64,000 nt of DNA from an uncultured Lachnospiraceae bacterium (lineage in GTDB: Bacteria; Bacillota; Clostridia; Lachnospirales; Lachnospiraceae), in NCBI GenBank assembly GCA_947626985.1, contig CANQUG010000009.1, positions 1,141-65,140 on the forward strand, written 5' to 3'. The translations under genes were made by a program, and so were the position numbers. Under the pieces are notes generated by a model. The model saw only the letters and a program-made list of their open reading frames with translations, was not told where the DNA came from and did no database searches. Positions 1-9,700 of the stretch are shown here, in pieces (the stretch's first letter is position 1; the number at the start of each line of letters is the position of its first letter).

Positions 1-41
1 CAGTAACAATTACTGATAACATTTAAAAGGAGGAAGAACGG

Positions 42-578
42 ATGTCCAAATACGCCGGAACAAAAACAGAAAAGAATCTTTGGGAAGCTTTCGCAGGGGA
101 ATCTCAGGCCAGAAATAAATATACTTATTTTGCCTCTGTCGCGAAAAAAGCCGGTTACGAGCAGATTGCCGCGCTGTTTTTAAAGACCGCCGATAATGAG
201 AAGGAACACGCGAAGCTGTGGTTCAAGGAACTGGGAGAGATGGGAGATACCGCCCAGAATCTTCTTCACGCCGCCGAGGGCGAAAATGCGGAGTGGACCG
301 ATATGTACGAGAGAATGGCCTGCGATGCGGAGGAGGAAGGCTTTACGGAGCTGGCAGCCCGTTTCCGCGGAGTCGCCGCCATCGAAAAATCCCATGAGGA
401 ACGCTACCGCGCTCTTCTGAAAAATGTGGAGACGAAGCAGGTATTTGAAAAGAGCGGCGTACAGGTATGGGAATGCAGGAACTGCGGTCATATCGTGGTG
501 GGGACCAGCGCTCCGGAGGTATGTCCCGTATGCAATCATCCCCAGAGCTTCTTTGAAATACATCAGGAAAACTATTAA
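42..578 (+). CDS. rbr: rubrerythrin (diiron ferritin-like domain plus C-terminal rubredoxin-like ribbon)
   Basis: 178-aa ORF. N-terminus has [16 protein letters not shown] and EHAKLW / EExH helices. C-terminus has CRNCGH...CPVCNH. GGAGG at 29-33. A hairpin terminator follows. Confidence 0.93.
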   Translation: MSKYAGTKTEKNLWEAFAGESQARNKYTYFASVAKKAGYEQIAALFLKTADNEKEHAKLWFKELGEMGDTAQNLLHAAEGENAEWTDMYERMACDAEEEGFTELAARFRGVAAIEKSHEERYRALLKNVETKQVFEKSGVQVWECRNCGHIVVGTSAPEVCPVCNHPQSFFEIHQENY

Positions 579-587
579 TGAAAATAT

Positions 588-616
588 CCTCAGGCCGTTC
601 CGGCCTGAGGGTTTTT
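588..616 (+). terminator. rho-independent terminator of rbr
   Basis: Perfect 10-bp stem CCTCAGGCCG / CGGCCTGAGG with a 3-nt loop, followed by a T-run at 612-616. Confidence 0.85.
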
Positions 617-734
617 ATTTAAAAAAAGCATTTTCACCTGGCCGGTCATATTTTTTTATGAGACATTTTATTTGTGGATTTATTCGGTCAGTTATAAAAT
701 AATAAATATTTTTAAAAGGATTTATCGATTTCTC

Positions 735-763
735 TTGCAACTTTCTATTTTATCCTTTATACT
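735..763 (+). promoter_or_regulatory. sigma-70-type promoter for the 799..1041 gene
   Basis: TTGCAA (735-740), 17-nt spacer, TATACT (758-763). It lies about 35 nt upstream of the AAGGAG RBS. Confidence 0.6.
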
Positions 764-798
764 GTACCTATAAAAAAATAAAGGAGTGTGATACTAGA

Positions 799-1041
799 AT
801 GCCACGTACAAAAGGTTCCAAAAATAAAACATCATTGACTGTGGAGGAGAGAATTCTTCAGATCACTGCGGATATAGAAACTCTGCAGGAGCAGATCAAG
901 GATAAGAAAGCCGAATTAAAGCTTTTAAATGCTCAGAAGCTTGAGGAGGAAAATAAGAAGGTTCTTGACGCGTTTACAGCCAGTGGAAAAACAGCTGAGG
1001 AAATTATTGCACTGATCAACGGAGCTCCGGAAGCAGAATAA
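799..1041 (+). CDS. small hypothetical coiled-coil protein (80 aa, Lys/Glu-rich)
   Basis: AAGGAG RBS 8 nt upstream, its own promoter and a downstream terminator. I recognise no family. Confidence 0.6.
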   Translation: MPRTKGSKNKTSLTVEERILQITADIETLQEQIKDKKAELKLLNAQKLEEENKKVLDAFTASGKTAEEIIALINGAPEAE

Positions 1042-1072
1042 ACCCGTCCGGCAGAGTTTCATTGTATGTGAT

Positions 1073-1116
1073 AAAAATGCCCTTTCTTCCCGGTAACGGG
1101 AAAAAGGGCATTTTTT
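1073..1116. terminator. bidirectional rho-independent terminator
   Basis: ATGCCCTTTCTTCCCG / CGGGAAAAAGGGCAT stem flanked by an A-run (1073-1077) and a T-run (1111-1116). It sits between convergent genes. Confidence 0.8.
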
Positions 1117-1204
1117 GATTTCCGTTATATGGGGAAGGCCGGCGGCCTGTAAGGTCGCCGGCCTTTCCCATATGGCGGCACACTGCGGCAATGATCGAAA
1201 ACAG

Positions 1205-1438
1205 CTATTTCAACAGTTCCTCATAAGTAGTATTCAGACAGTTGCGGAGACCTCTCAGCTGGGAGCAGGTGATATGCTGAATGCCGCGTTCGATTTTTAC
1301 CAGAGACTCACGGGTGATATTGATATTTTCCAACTGAAGGATACGAACGACTTCCGTTTGCTTCAGACCCCTTTCCAATCTGATCTTACGTATGTTTCCG
1401 CCGATGTTGCCATCTGTCTGCTTTATCTTTTGTTCCAT
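1205..1438 (-). CDS. XRE-family helix-turn-helix transcriptional regulator
   Basis: 77 aa. GGNIRKIRLERGLKQTEVV...LVKIERG is a typical HTH_3 pattern. Confidence 0.8.
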   Translation of the reverse strand: MEQKIKQTDGNIGGNIRKIRLERGLKQTEVVRILQLENINITRESLVKIERGIQHITCSQLRGLRNCLNTTYEELLK

Positions 1439-1702
1439 ACACAGTCTCCTTTAAAATGAGATCAAACCGGTCCATGTATATGCCTATCATATCGCCGGAA
1501 TATGGTATGATGGGACTGAAAATGGTCCATATCAGGAGAAAAGGTAAATTTTTCAGATGAAAAGTTCAAAAGGACGGCCAAAATAAAAAATAAAGATTTC
1601 ATGAGAAAATAAGATAATAATAAAGAAAAACAGAGATTTCAGCATGTAGAAAAATATGTGTATCTGTTTAATTATTGTATCAGAAACCGCTCACCTGATA
1701 AT

Positions 1703-1769
1703 AAAAAAGCCCCGAAGGAAATGTCTGCAGACTGCCCGGTCCTGCAGCGCATCCCTTCCGGGGCATTTT
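1703..1769 (-). terminator. terminator downstream of the GH13 gene (bidirectional shape)
   Basis: GCCCCGAAGG / CCTTCCGGGGC stem with an inner CTGCAG...CTGCAG pairing. A-run at 1703-1708 and T-run at 1766-1769. Confidence 0.6.
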
Positions 1770-1856
1770 GATTTTTCAGAGTTTCCCTTTTAAGGGATAC
1801 TGCATCTGGGTCAGGACCGGCATGAGACCCGGCGACCTGACTCTGAACTTTTGCCG

Positions 1857-3713
1857 TCAGTCGGTCTTTTTCCGCCAGAGCCAGCAGCAGCCGTAAGCGG
1901 GGAGCGGAACCCCTCTGGCCTCCGTTTCCGTGCCGGAGATCAGATCGGTGTATATGCCGTCCTCCTCATTGATCCAGGCGGTCCTGTCCTGCTCGCTGAA
2001 ATTGAACAGTCCGATAAATTTTTCCGAATCGCTTTCGCGAACCAGAGCCAGAACGGAGGGATCCCAGGTGTCCAGCGTGCGCAGAGCGGCGTCCGCGCTG
2101 AAAATTCCGTGGGACGTCCGGATATGTTCCAGATGATTCAGGGCATGGAACAGTTTCTCCTGAACCGTATGTTTCTCCCGGCGCTTTTCCGCCAGATCCC
2201 AGCGGAAATCTCCCCGGTGGATATAGCGGGAATCCGGAGCCTTCTCCGGCACTTCCTTATAGGAATTATCGTTCAGCTGTCCGATTTCGTCTCCGCTGTA
2301 GATGACGGGAATGCCGGACTGAGAGAACATGAACGCATGGAGCGTGATATCGAACCGGACGGCGCGGTCCAGAGCCTCCTGGTTGTTTTCGTGATAAAAG
2401 CGGTCGATTCCGCACAGAGAGGCGGTGGTCCCGCAGAGCCTGGCGTCACCCAGCCGGGGATCGTCGTTGTACAGCTCTCCCCGGGCGAAGGAACCGGGAT
2501 AGTTTCCCGTAAGAAAATCGTTCAGATATTTTTTATGGGGAACCTCCTCCATGCCAAAATTGCGCAGATAATCATAGTCCAGTCCCCAGCCGATATCGTC
2601 GTGGCACCGGAGATAATTCTGGAAAATATAATCCACGGGAAGGCCGGCCACGATGTCCAGCTGGCGGCGGAGAAGGGATACGTCCCTGGTGGCCACGGTA
2701 TGCCAGGTGCTGGCCATGGTGGTCACATTGTAAAGCATATGGCATTCCGGCTTTTCCACTGTGCCGAAGTAGGGAGCTACCTTATCGGGGGCCATCACCA
2801 CCTCGCCCAGAAGGAGAACGCCGGGGCAGACGATCTCGCAGATCATGCGCATCATGCGCACCATGGAGTGGACCTGGGGAAGATTCCGGCAGTTGGTCCC
2901 CAGCTCCTTCCAGATGTAGGGAACCGCGTCCAGACGGATGATGTCCACGCCCTGGTTGGCCAGGTAAAGCATGTTGGCGATCATCTCGTTCAGCACCACG
3001 GGATTGCGGTAGTTCAGGTCCCACTGATAGGGATAAAAGGTGGTCATCACGTATTTTTTCATGTCGTCCAGCCAGGTGAAATTTCCCGGAGCCGTGGTGG
3101 GAAATACCTGGGGACAGGTCTGCTCGTAAATGGACGGAACATCGAAGGTGTCAAAGAAGAAATAGCGGTCCTGGTATTCCTTTTCTCCGGCTCTGGCCCG
3201 TCTGGCCCATTCGTGCTCCTCGGAGGTATGGTTCATGACAAAATCAAGACAGACGCTGATGCCTCGCTGATGGCACTCTGCGGTGAGCTCTGCAAAATCC
3301 TCCATATTTCCCAGCTCCTCCTGTACCTTCCGGAAATCCGCAACGGCATAGCCGCCGTCGCTCCTGCCCTTCGGAGAGGAGAGGAGGGGCATGAGGTGAA
3401 GATAATTCACATTGCATTCCTGAATGTAGTCCAGCTTTTCCTGCACGCCTTTTAAGGTGCCGGCAAAACAGTTTACATACATCATCATGCCTGTGAGATC
3501 GTTGCGTTTATACCAGCCGGGATCCTTTTCCCGGAGAATATCCCCTTCTTTTAAGGAAGGAATCCGCTGATCGTAAAATGTTTTCATGGATGCGGTGAGA
3601 TCGCCGAAATGGTCCATCACCCGGGGGGTGTCCCGGTACAGCTCGCAGTAGAGCCATTTCAGTTCGTCGTAATGACGATGGAAACGCTGGTCGTACAGTT
3701 TCTCTTCCGACAT
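1857..3713 (-). CDS. amylosucrase-like GH13 alpha-amylase-family glucanotransferase
   Basis: GH13 signature regions are present: DFVMNHTS, GVDIIRLDAVPYIW, LLGEVV, YLRCHDDIGW. The start is set at ATG 3713, 9 nt after GAGGAGG. The ORF-track start at 3731 is a TTG inside that RBS. Confidence 0.85.
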   Translation of the reverse strand: MSEEKLYDQRFHRHYDELKWLYCELYRDTPRVMDHFGDLTASMKTFYDQRIPSLKEGDILREKDPGWYKRNDLTGMMMYVNCFAGTLKGVQEKLDYIQECNVNYLHLMPLLSSPKGRSDGGYAVADFRKVQEELGNMEDFAELTAECHQRGISVCLDFVMNHTSEEHEWARRARAGEKEYQDRYFFFDTFDVPSIYEQTCPQVFPTTAPGNFTWLDDMKKYVMTTFYPYQWDLNYRNPVVLNEMIANMLYLANQGVDIIRLDAVPYIWKELGTNCRNLPQVHSMVRMMRMICEIVCPGVLLLGEVVMAPDKVAPYFGTVEKPECHMLYNVTTMASTWHTVATRDVSLLRRQLDIVAGLPVDYIFQNYLRCHDDIGWGLDYDYLRNFGMEEVPHKKYLNDFLTGNYPGSFARGELYNDDPRLGDARLCGTTASLCGIDRFYHENNQEALDRAVRFDITLHAFMFSQSGIPVIYSGDEIGQLNDNSYKEVPEKAPDSRYIHRGDFRWDLAEKRREKHTVQEKLFHALNHLEHIRTSHGIFSADAALRTLDTWDPSVLALVRESDSEKFIGLFNFSEQDRTAWINEEDGIYTDLISGTETEARGVPLPAYGCCWLWRKKTD

Positions 3714-3764
3714 ATTTTTGGTCCTCCTCAATTATGTGAAATGTGGAATATGGCGCGGTCTGCT

Positions 3765-4583
3765 TTAAACAGGCAGAAATTCCGGTTTTCTGTCCTTAAA
3801 AACCGTGTAATGGGAAAAACCGCATTCCCGCAGGATTTCCGCCGCCAGGGAGAAAGAACAGCCTGTGAGCTCCGGTCTGTGCGCGTCGGACCCCACAGTA
3901 ATGATCTCCCCGCCCAGCCGGCGGTAGCGGCGGATGATGGCGGCGCAGGGGTTGGGCTCCCCCAGACCGTAGTGGAATCCGCCCGTATTCAGCTCGATGC
4001 CGCAGTTCTTCCGGATCAGAGTGCGCAGGATCTCATCCAGAATATCCTGATAGCGCCCGTAGGAAAATTCCCGGTTCTGATTTGGACCGTAGCGGACGAT
4101 ATAGTCCAGGTGCCCGTACACGTCCATCTCTGAAAAACAGGCAAGATTTTCCAGAATGGATTCGAAATATTCCATATAACAAAGAGATTCCTTCCTTCCC
4201 TGGAAAAATCCGGGATAGTAGGGATCGTAACCGTGTACAAGGTGGGAAGAGCCGATGACAAAATCGAAGGGATACTCTGACAGAAGTTTCCGGAAATCCT
4301 CTTCCAGGTGGGGCTGGAGTCCCAGCTCGATGCCGAAACGGATCTGAATCCGGTTTTTATAGGTTTCCCGGAGGCGGAACAGCTCTTTCCGATAGGCTTC
4401 CAGATCCAGGGAAAATTCCGCTCCGTCGGGAGTGGGCGGGTAATCGGGGTCCAGATGTTCTGTAAAACAGATGCCCTTCAGACCATTCTGTTCGGCCCGG
4501 AGGATCATCTGCTCCGCAGGCGTTTCGCAGTCTCCGGAAAAAGAGGAATGTATGTGGCAGTCCCAGATTATTGCGTGATTCAT
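3765..4583 (-). CDS. HisJ-family histidinol-phosphatase-like PHP-domain hydrolase
   Basis: N-terminal DCHIHSSFSGD and FTEH, and C-terminal GSDAH, are PHP metal-ligand motifs. The start is set at ATG 4583, after AAAGGAG, rather than at 4616. Confidence 0.8.
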   Translation of the reverse strand: MNHAIIWDCHIHSSFSGDCETPAEQMILRAEQNGLKGICFTEHLDPDYPPTPDGAEFSLDLEAYRKELFRLRETYKNRIQIRFGIELGLQPHLEEDFRKLLSEYPFDFVIGSSHLVHGYDPYYPGFFQGRKESLCYMEYFESILENLACFSEMDVYGHLDYIVRYGPNQNREFSYGRYQDILDEILRTLIRKNCGIELNTGGFHYGLGEPNPCAAIIRRYRRLGGEIITVGSDAHRPELTGCSFSLAAEILRECGFSHYTVFKDRKPEFLPV

Positions 4584-4780
4584 GTATCTTTTCTCCTTTT
4601 CAGACAGGTGCGGCAAAACAGCAGCGTCCCCGGCCGGCGTACCGGCGAAGGGGCCTGTTTCCTGTATATTTATACTATGGAACCTGTTTTGCAGCTATGT
4701 GCAACTGCACAGATTATATCACGGCTTTTGGGCAGGATGCCAGAAATTTCTTTTTCGGGAGTATTTTTCTAAAATTGGTC

Positions 4781-4809
4781 TTGAATTTTTGGATGAAATT
4801 AGATACAAT
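4781..4809 (+). promoter_or_regulatory. sigma-70-type promoter of the gap operon
   Basis: TTGAAT (4781-4786), 17-nt spacer, TACAAT (4804-4809). It lies about 70 nt upstream of the gap ATG. Confidence 0.6.
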
Positions 4810-4880
4810 ACCACTTAAGTTGGTATTTCTTTAACAATCAAATACCAAATTTACCATTTAATCATAGGAGGAAATTAATC

Positions 4881-5900
4881 ATGGCAGTAAAAGTTGCAAT
4901 CAATGGTTTTGGCCGTATCGGTCGTCTTGCGTTCCGTCAGATGTTTGGTGCAGAGGGATTTGAGATCGTTGCCATCAACGACCTGACCTCCCCCAAGATG
5001 CTGGCTCATTTGCTGAAATATGACTCCACTCAGGGAAGATACGCTCTGTGCGACAAGGTTACGGCAGGTGAGGATTCCATCACAGTTGACGGAAAGACCA
5101 TCAAGATTTATGCTATGGCCAAGGCTGCTGAACTTCCGTGGGGAGAGCTTGACGTAGACGTTGTTCTTGAGTGCACCGGTTTCTATACCTCCAAGGACAA
5201 GGCTCAGGCTCACATCGATGCAGGCGCAAAGCATGTTATCATTTCTGCTCCGGCCGGAAACGACCTGCCCACCATCGTTTACAATGTAAACCATGCTGGA
5301 CTGACCAAAGAGGACAAGATCATTTCTGCTGCTTCCTGCACCACCAACTGCCTGGCACCCATGGCTAAGGCTCTGAATGACTGCGCACCCATTAAATCCG
5401 GTATCATGTGCACCATTCATGCCTACACCGGCGACCAGATGACTCTTGACGGACCGCAGAGAAAGGGCGATCTGAGAAGATCCCGCGCAGCTGCAGTGAA
5501 TATCGTTCCCAACAGCACCGGTGCTGCAAAAGCGATCGGCCTTGTTATTCCGGAACTGAACGGCAAGCTCATCGGCGCTGCACAGCGTGTTCCGACTCCT
5601 ACCGGTTCCACCACTATCCTTACCGCAGTTGTGGAAGGCACTGTAACCAAGGATCAGATCAACGCAGCCATGAAGGCAGCTTCCAATGAGTCCTTCGGCT
5701 ACAACGAGGATGAGATCGTATCCAGCGATATCATCGGAATGTCCTATGGTTCTCTGTTCGACGCTACTCAGACCATGGTTCTGCCTCTTGACAACGGCAC
5801 CACTCAGGTTCAGGTAGTTTCCTGGTATGACAATGAGAACTCCTACACCAGCCAGATGGTTCGTACCATCAAGCACTTCGGCAAGCTTCTGAGCGAATAA
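4881..5900 (+). CDS. gap: glyceraldehyde-3-phosphate dehydrogenase (type I)
   Basis: INGFGRIGR Rossmann N-terminus, SCTTNCLAP active-site Cys motif, WYDNE near the C-terminus. AGGAGG RBS. Confidence 0.97.
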   Translation: MAVKVAINGFGRIGRLAFRQMFGAEGFEIVAINDLTSPKMLAHLLKYDSTQGRYALCDKVTAGEDSITVDGKTIKIYAMAKAAELPWGELDVDVVLECTGFYTSKDKAQAHIDAGAKHVIISAPAGNDLPTIVYNVNHAGLTKEDKIISAASCTTNCLAPMAKALNDCAPIKSGIMCTIHAYTGDQMTLDGPQRKGDLRRSRAAAVNIVPNSTGAAKAIGLVIPELNGKLIGAAQRVPTPTGSTTILTAVVEGTVTKDQINAAMKAASNESFGYNEDEIVSSDIIGMSYGSLFDATQTMVLPLDNGTTQVQVVSWYDNENSYTSQMVRTIKHFGKLLSE

Positions 5901-5939
5901 TTCAGAACCTCGCCGGTACACAGGTATAGACTCAGAAGG

Positions 5940-5970
5940 GGTCCGGTCTGAAAAGGACCGGACCTTTTTT
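5940..5970 (+). terminator. hairpin plus T-run between gap and pgk (probable partial terminator)
   Basis: GGTCCGGTC / GACCGGACC stem with a 7-nt loop, followed by TTTTTT (5965-5970). Confidence 0.75.
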
Positions 5971-6061
5971 CTACAGATTTTTCGTTTTGAACTGAACTTT
6001 TATCCGGCGCCTGCCGCGCCGGTCCGATCCCGTTGTTTGAATTTATAAGGAGGCATATATC

Positions 6062-7267
6062 ATGCTCAATAAGAAATCTGTTGACGATATCAACGTAAAG
6101 GGCAAAAAGGTCCTGGTTAGATGCGACTTTAACGTTCCGTTAAAAGATGGAAAGATCACCGACGAGAACCGTCTTGTGGCTGCGCTTCCCACCATCAGGA
6201 AGCTGATCGCTGACGGCGGCAGAGTGATCCTCTGCTCCCATCTGGGAAAACCCAAGGGAGAGCCCAAGCCCGAGCTTTCTCTGGCGCCGGTAGCCGTACG
6301 TCTGTCCGAGCTTCTGGGTCAGGAAGTAAAATTCGCGGCTGATCCCGAGGTCGTAGGACCCAACGCGAAGGCGGCTGTTGAGGCCATGAAGGACGGCGAA
6401 GTGATCCTTCTGGAGAACACCCGTTACCGCGCGGAGGAGACTAAGAACGGCGAAGCCTTCAGCAGGGAACTGGCTTCTCTGGCGGACGTGTTCGTGAACG
6501 ACGCCTTCGGAACCGCTCACAGGGCTCACTGCTCCAACGTTGGCGTAACTCAGTATGTGGAAACCTCCGTGGTTGGTTATCTGATGCAGAAGGAAATCGA
6601 CTTCCTGGGCAATGCGGTTGACAACCCCGTAAGACCTTTCGTAGCCATTCTGGGCGGCGCCAAGGTTGCCGACAAGCTGAACGTGATCTCCAATCTTCTG
6701 GAGAAATGCGATACTCTCATCATCGGCGGCGGTATGGCTTACACCTTCCTGAAGGCCAAGGGCTATGAGGTGGGAACCTCTCTGGTAGACGACACGAAGA
6801 TCGACTACTGCAGGGAAATGATGGACAAGGCCGCCAGCCTGGGCAAAGAGCTGCTTCTCCCCATCGACACCACCATCGCGAAGGAATTCCCCAGCCCCAT
6901 CGACGCTGAGATCGAGATTTCCGTAGTGGATTCCAAGGCGATTCCGGCCGACATGATGGGCCTGGATATCGGAACCAAAACCGCGGAGCTCTATGCAGAC
7001 GCGGTAAAATCCGCAAAAACCGTTGTATGGAACGGCCCCATGGGCGTATTCGAGAATCCCATCCTGGCGAAGGGTACCATCGCAGTGGCGAAATCCCTGG
7101 CAGATACGGACGCTACCACCATCATCGGCGGCGGCGACTCCGCAGCGGCTGTAAATCAGCTGGGCTTCGGCGCTCAGATGTCCCATATCTCCACCGGCGG
7201 CGGCGCTTCTCTGGAATTCCTGGAAGGAAAGGAACTGCCGGGCGTAGCTGCAGCCAACGACAAATAA
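6062..7267 (+). CDS. pgk: phosphoglycerate kinase
   Basis: 401 aa. [19 protein letters not shown] and STGGGASLE motifs. Confidence 0.97.
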   Translation: MLNKKSVDDINVKGKKVLVRCDFNVPLKDGKITDENRLVAALPTIRKLIADGGRVILCSHLGKPKGEPKPELSLAPVAVRLSELLGQEVKFAADPEVVGPNAKAAVEAMKDGEVILLENTRYRAEETKNGEAFSRELASLADVFVNDAFGTAHRAHCSNVGVTQYVETSVVGYLMQKEIDFLGNAVDNPVRPFVAILGGAKVADKLNVISNLLEKCDTLIIGGGMAYTFLKAKGYEVGTSLVDDTKIDYCREMMDKAASLGKELLLPIDTTIAKEFPSPIDAEIEISVVDSKAIPADMMGLDIGTKTAELYADAVKSAKTVVWNGPMGVFENPILAKGTIAVAKSLADTDATTIIGGGDSAAAVNQLGFGAQMSHISTGGGASLEFLEGKELPGVAAANDK

Positions 7268-7404
7268 GACGCAGATACTCGTCCGGCGGCTTTCAGACAG
7301 AAGGCGCGGACAGAGTTTTGTGTTTGCCTTAATGGATTACAGTGCAACAATCCGTAATCACTTTTGCCGTCTTAATAAAATATAACCAGAAGGAGAATAT
7401 AGAA

Positions 7405-8154
7405 ATGGCAAGAAGAAAAATCGTTGCCGGCAACTGGAAGATGAACATGACTCCCAGCGAGGCAGTGAAACTTGTGGAAACCCTGAAACCCTTAGTAGTA
7501 AACGATGATGTGGACGTAGTATTCTGCGTGCCGGCCATCGATATCATCCCCGTGATCGAAGCCACGAAGGGCACCAATATCCAGGTGGGCGCAGAGAATA
7601 TGTACTATGAAGAAAAGGGCGCTTACACCGGAGAGATCGCTCCCGCCATGCTCACGGACGCAGGCGTGAAGTACGTGATCCTGGGCCACTCCGAGAGAAG
7701 AGAGTATTTTAAGGAGACAGACGCGGACATTAACAAGAAGGTTCTCAAGGCCTTCGAGCACGGCCTTACACCCATTATGTGCTGCGGCGAGACTCTTACC
7801 CAGAGAGAGCAGGGCGTTACCATGGACTTCATCCGTCAGCAGGTGAAGATCGGCTTCCAGAACGTGACGGCAGATCAGGCGAAGACCGCTGTCATCGCTT
7901 ACGAGCCCATCTGGGCCATCGGCACCGGCAAGACCGCTACCACCGAGCAGGCTGAGGAGGTCTGCGCAGGTATCCGCGCATGCATCGCCGAGATTTATGA
8001 CGAAGCTACCGCGGAAGCCATCCGTATCCAGTACGGCGGCTCTGTAAACGGCAAGAACGCTGCGGATCTTTTCGCTCAGAAGGATATCGACGGCGGCCTG
8101 GTAGGCGGCGCTTCCCTGAAGGCAGACTTCGGCTCCATCGTGAACTACAAATAA
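7405..8154 (+). CDS. tpiA: triosephosphate isomerase
   Basis: [14 protein letters not shown] and [11 protein letters not shown] motifs. The start is set at ATG 7405 after AGGAGA. The ORF-track start at 7342 adds a non-homologous extension. Confidence 0.96.
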   Translation: MARRKIVAGNWKMNMTPSEAVKLVETLKPLVVNDDVDVVFCVPAIDIIPVIEATKGTNIQVGAENMYYEEKGAYTGEIAPAMLTDAGVKYVILGHSERREYFKETDADINKKVLKAFEHGLTPIMCCGETLTQREQGVTMDFIRQQVKIGFQNVTADQAKTAVIAYEPIWAIGTGKTATTEQAEEVCAGIRACIAEIYDEATAEAIRIQYGGSVNGKNAADLFAQKDIDGGLVGGASLKADFGSIVNYK

Positions 8155-8204
8155 TCTGACCGGAACACACCGAAAGTATTGAATCATTAAAAAGTAATCC
8201 TGAA

Positions 8205-8257
8205 ACGTCACAAAGTACGGACAGATCGATGAAACTGTATTTTGTGACGTTTTTTTT
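8205..8257 (+). terminator. terminator of the gap-pgk-tpiA operon
   Basis: 10-bp stem ACGTCACAAA / TTTGTGACGT followed by a T7 run. Confidence 0.8.
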
Positions 8258-8434
8258 GCGGAATATGTACGGCGAGAAGGCAGGACTGGATGTCAATATC
8301 GCCTTAAAACGGGTCAAGAAACAGACTGGCGGAACTTTTCATTCTGAGGTATGATTCTATCGTAAACAGAAAGGGGAAGGAAAAAAGAAAAGCCTTATCC
8401 CCGCTGCAGATTCAGATGAAAGGAGTATCGAACT

Positions 8435-8581
8435 ATGAAGAATTATATGAAAAACCTGGTGGAAACTTATTTTGTGAGAAATCTGGTTTCTCTGAACAGG
8501 GTAGCGAATGAGAACAGTGCGTCAGAGATACTCGCCAGAAATTCCTATACACTTTTAAATGTGTCACCGAGATTCTTCTGA
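8435..8581 (+). CDS. small hypothetical protein (48 aa; below the ORF-track cutoff)
   Basis: ATG 8 nt after AAAGGAG. MKNYMKNLVETYFVRNL...SPRFF. A terminator at 8612-8655 follows. I recognise no family. Confidence 0.35.
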   Translation: MKNYMKNLVETYFVRNLVSLNRVANENSASEILARNSYTLLNVSPRFF

Positions 8582-8611
8582 TCCACGGGTCAGTTCCTGA
8601 AAAAGAGCGAA

Positions 8612-8655
8612 AGCCCTGCTGACTGCGCAGCTGCGCGGCCGGCGGGGCTTTTTTT
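8612..8655 (+). terminator. rho-independent terminator
   Basis: AGCCCTGC / GCGGGGCT stem enclosing a GCGCAGCTGCGC palindrome, followed by a T7 run. Confidence 0.7.
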
Positions 8656-8821
8656 ACGGATTTTCGTCTGCTGAGGGCATCGGAGTTTTTCGCGTTCCTG
8701 TTTCCTGGCGGGATTGTTTGAAATTAGTATGGCTGTCCTTCCGGAAATCAGGTATAATAACTGGTACAGTATCTGAACCATTGTCTGTATTTGTTTTCCT
8801 GAAAACGGAGGAGGAACCGAT

Positions 8822-9700
8822 ATGGAATATGTGAAAAAATATAAAATCGCGGCGGTTCAGCTGGATTCCGGCAGCGATAAAATGGAAAATCTGCGCGCCG
8901 CGGAGAAATATCTGGATGAAGCCGCCGGGCAGGGGGCGAGGCTGGTCTGTTTTCCCGAGGATATGAATCTGGTGGGGAAAAATACGGGGAAAGGGGGAAA
9001 CGCAGAGGAGATTCCGGGGATGACTGCGGAGTTTCTGAGACGAAAAGCCAGGGAGTACGGCATTTATGTTCACGGCGGAAGCTTCCGGAAGGTGATTCCG
9101 GGAGACAGCCGGTGTTACAACACTTCCGTGCTGATTCGTCCGGACGGGGAGATTGCCGGGGAATATCATAAAATTCACACCTTTGACGTGACCCTTCCCG
9201 ACGGAACGGTGTCCAGGGAGTCGAAACAGATCCGCCCGGGGGAACAGGTCGTTACTGTGGATACGGAGCTGGGCTGCCTGGGGTTCGCCGTCTGCTACGA
9301 TGTCCGGTTTCCTGAGCTGTTCCGGGCCATGGCCCTTCGGGGAGCGCAGGTTATTTTTGTGCCGGCGAATTTTACGGACGCCACCGGAAAAGATCACTGG
9401 GAAGTGCTTCTGCGCTCCAGAGCCATCGAGAACGGCTGTTATATCGTTGCGCCGGATCAGTGCGGCAGAAAGCCGGCTTATCAGGCTCATGGAAATACTA
9501 TGGTGATCGATCCCTGGGGAACCGTTACCGCCAGGGCTGCCCGGGAGCCGGGAGTGATTTACGGGGAAATCGATCTGGAATTTCTGGAGGAAGTGCGGGG
9601 CAGGATCCCTTCTCTGGCCAACTGCCGGGAGGATATCTTTCCGGAGATGAGGAGGGCGCGGCAGAGCTGCCGCAGGGAAGGAGGAGGCGTTTCGGTATGA
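8822..9700 (+). CDS. carbon-nitrogen hydrolase (nitrilase-superfamily amidohydrolase)
   Basis: Glu-Lys-Cys triad contexts are present: CFPE, YHKIH, FAVCYDVRFPE. GGAGGAGG RBS. Confidence 0.85.
   Translation: MEYVKKYKIAAVQLDSGSDKMENLRAAEKYLDEAAGQGARLVCFPEDMNLVGKNTGKGGNAEEIPGMTAEFLRRKAREYGIYVHGGSFRKVIPGDSRCYNTSVLIRPDGEIAGEYHKIHTFDVTLPDGTVSRESKQIRPGEQVVTVDTELGCLGFAVCYDVRFPELFRAMALRGAQVIFVPANFTDATGKDHWEVLLRSRAIENGCYIVAPDQCGRKPAYQAHGNTMVIDPWGTVTARAAREPGVIYGEIDLEFLEEVRGRIPSLANCREDIFPEMRRARQSCRREGGGVSV

Noticed and set aside
1127-1173. A very strong hairpin: an 18-bp stem ATATGGGGAAGGCCGGCG / CGCCGGCCTTTCCCATAT plus 3 more inner pairs.
   Set aside because: There is no U-tract on either strand. The adjacent 1073-1116 hairpin already serves as the bidirectional terminator. 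It could be a REP-like element or an RNA stabiliser, but I cannot support a specific function from one copy.
1851-3455. 534-aa plus-strand ORF opposite the GH13 gene, together with similar long antisense ORFs: 4875..5921(-), 6140..7186(-), 7492..8211(-), 8654..9490(-), 9559..10995(-), 10957..12603(+), 14691..16193(-), 22581..23807(-), 24687..25727(-), 27841..28926(-), 32965..34845(-) and 38298..40235(-).
   Set aside because: Each lies antisense to a gene with unmistakable family motifs. Their translations are low-complexity (Gly/Arg/His/Pro-rich) with no recognisable domains or RBS. This is the usual by-product of GC-rich coding DNA.
9460-9696. N-terminal extensions in the ORF track for the MFS gene (9460), the MBL gene (17657), accB (23791), tpiA (7342), the FAD oxidoreductase (12462), the AKR (62138), the P-loop gene (56620), DUF2975 (58716) and fabH (19760).
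   Set aside because: The extensions overlap upstream genes in other frames or lie upstream of clear GGAGG-type RBSs. Homology-like sequence starts at the internal ATGs used in the feature table.
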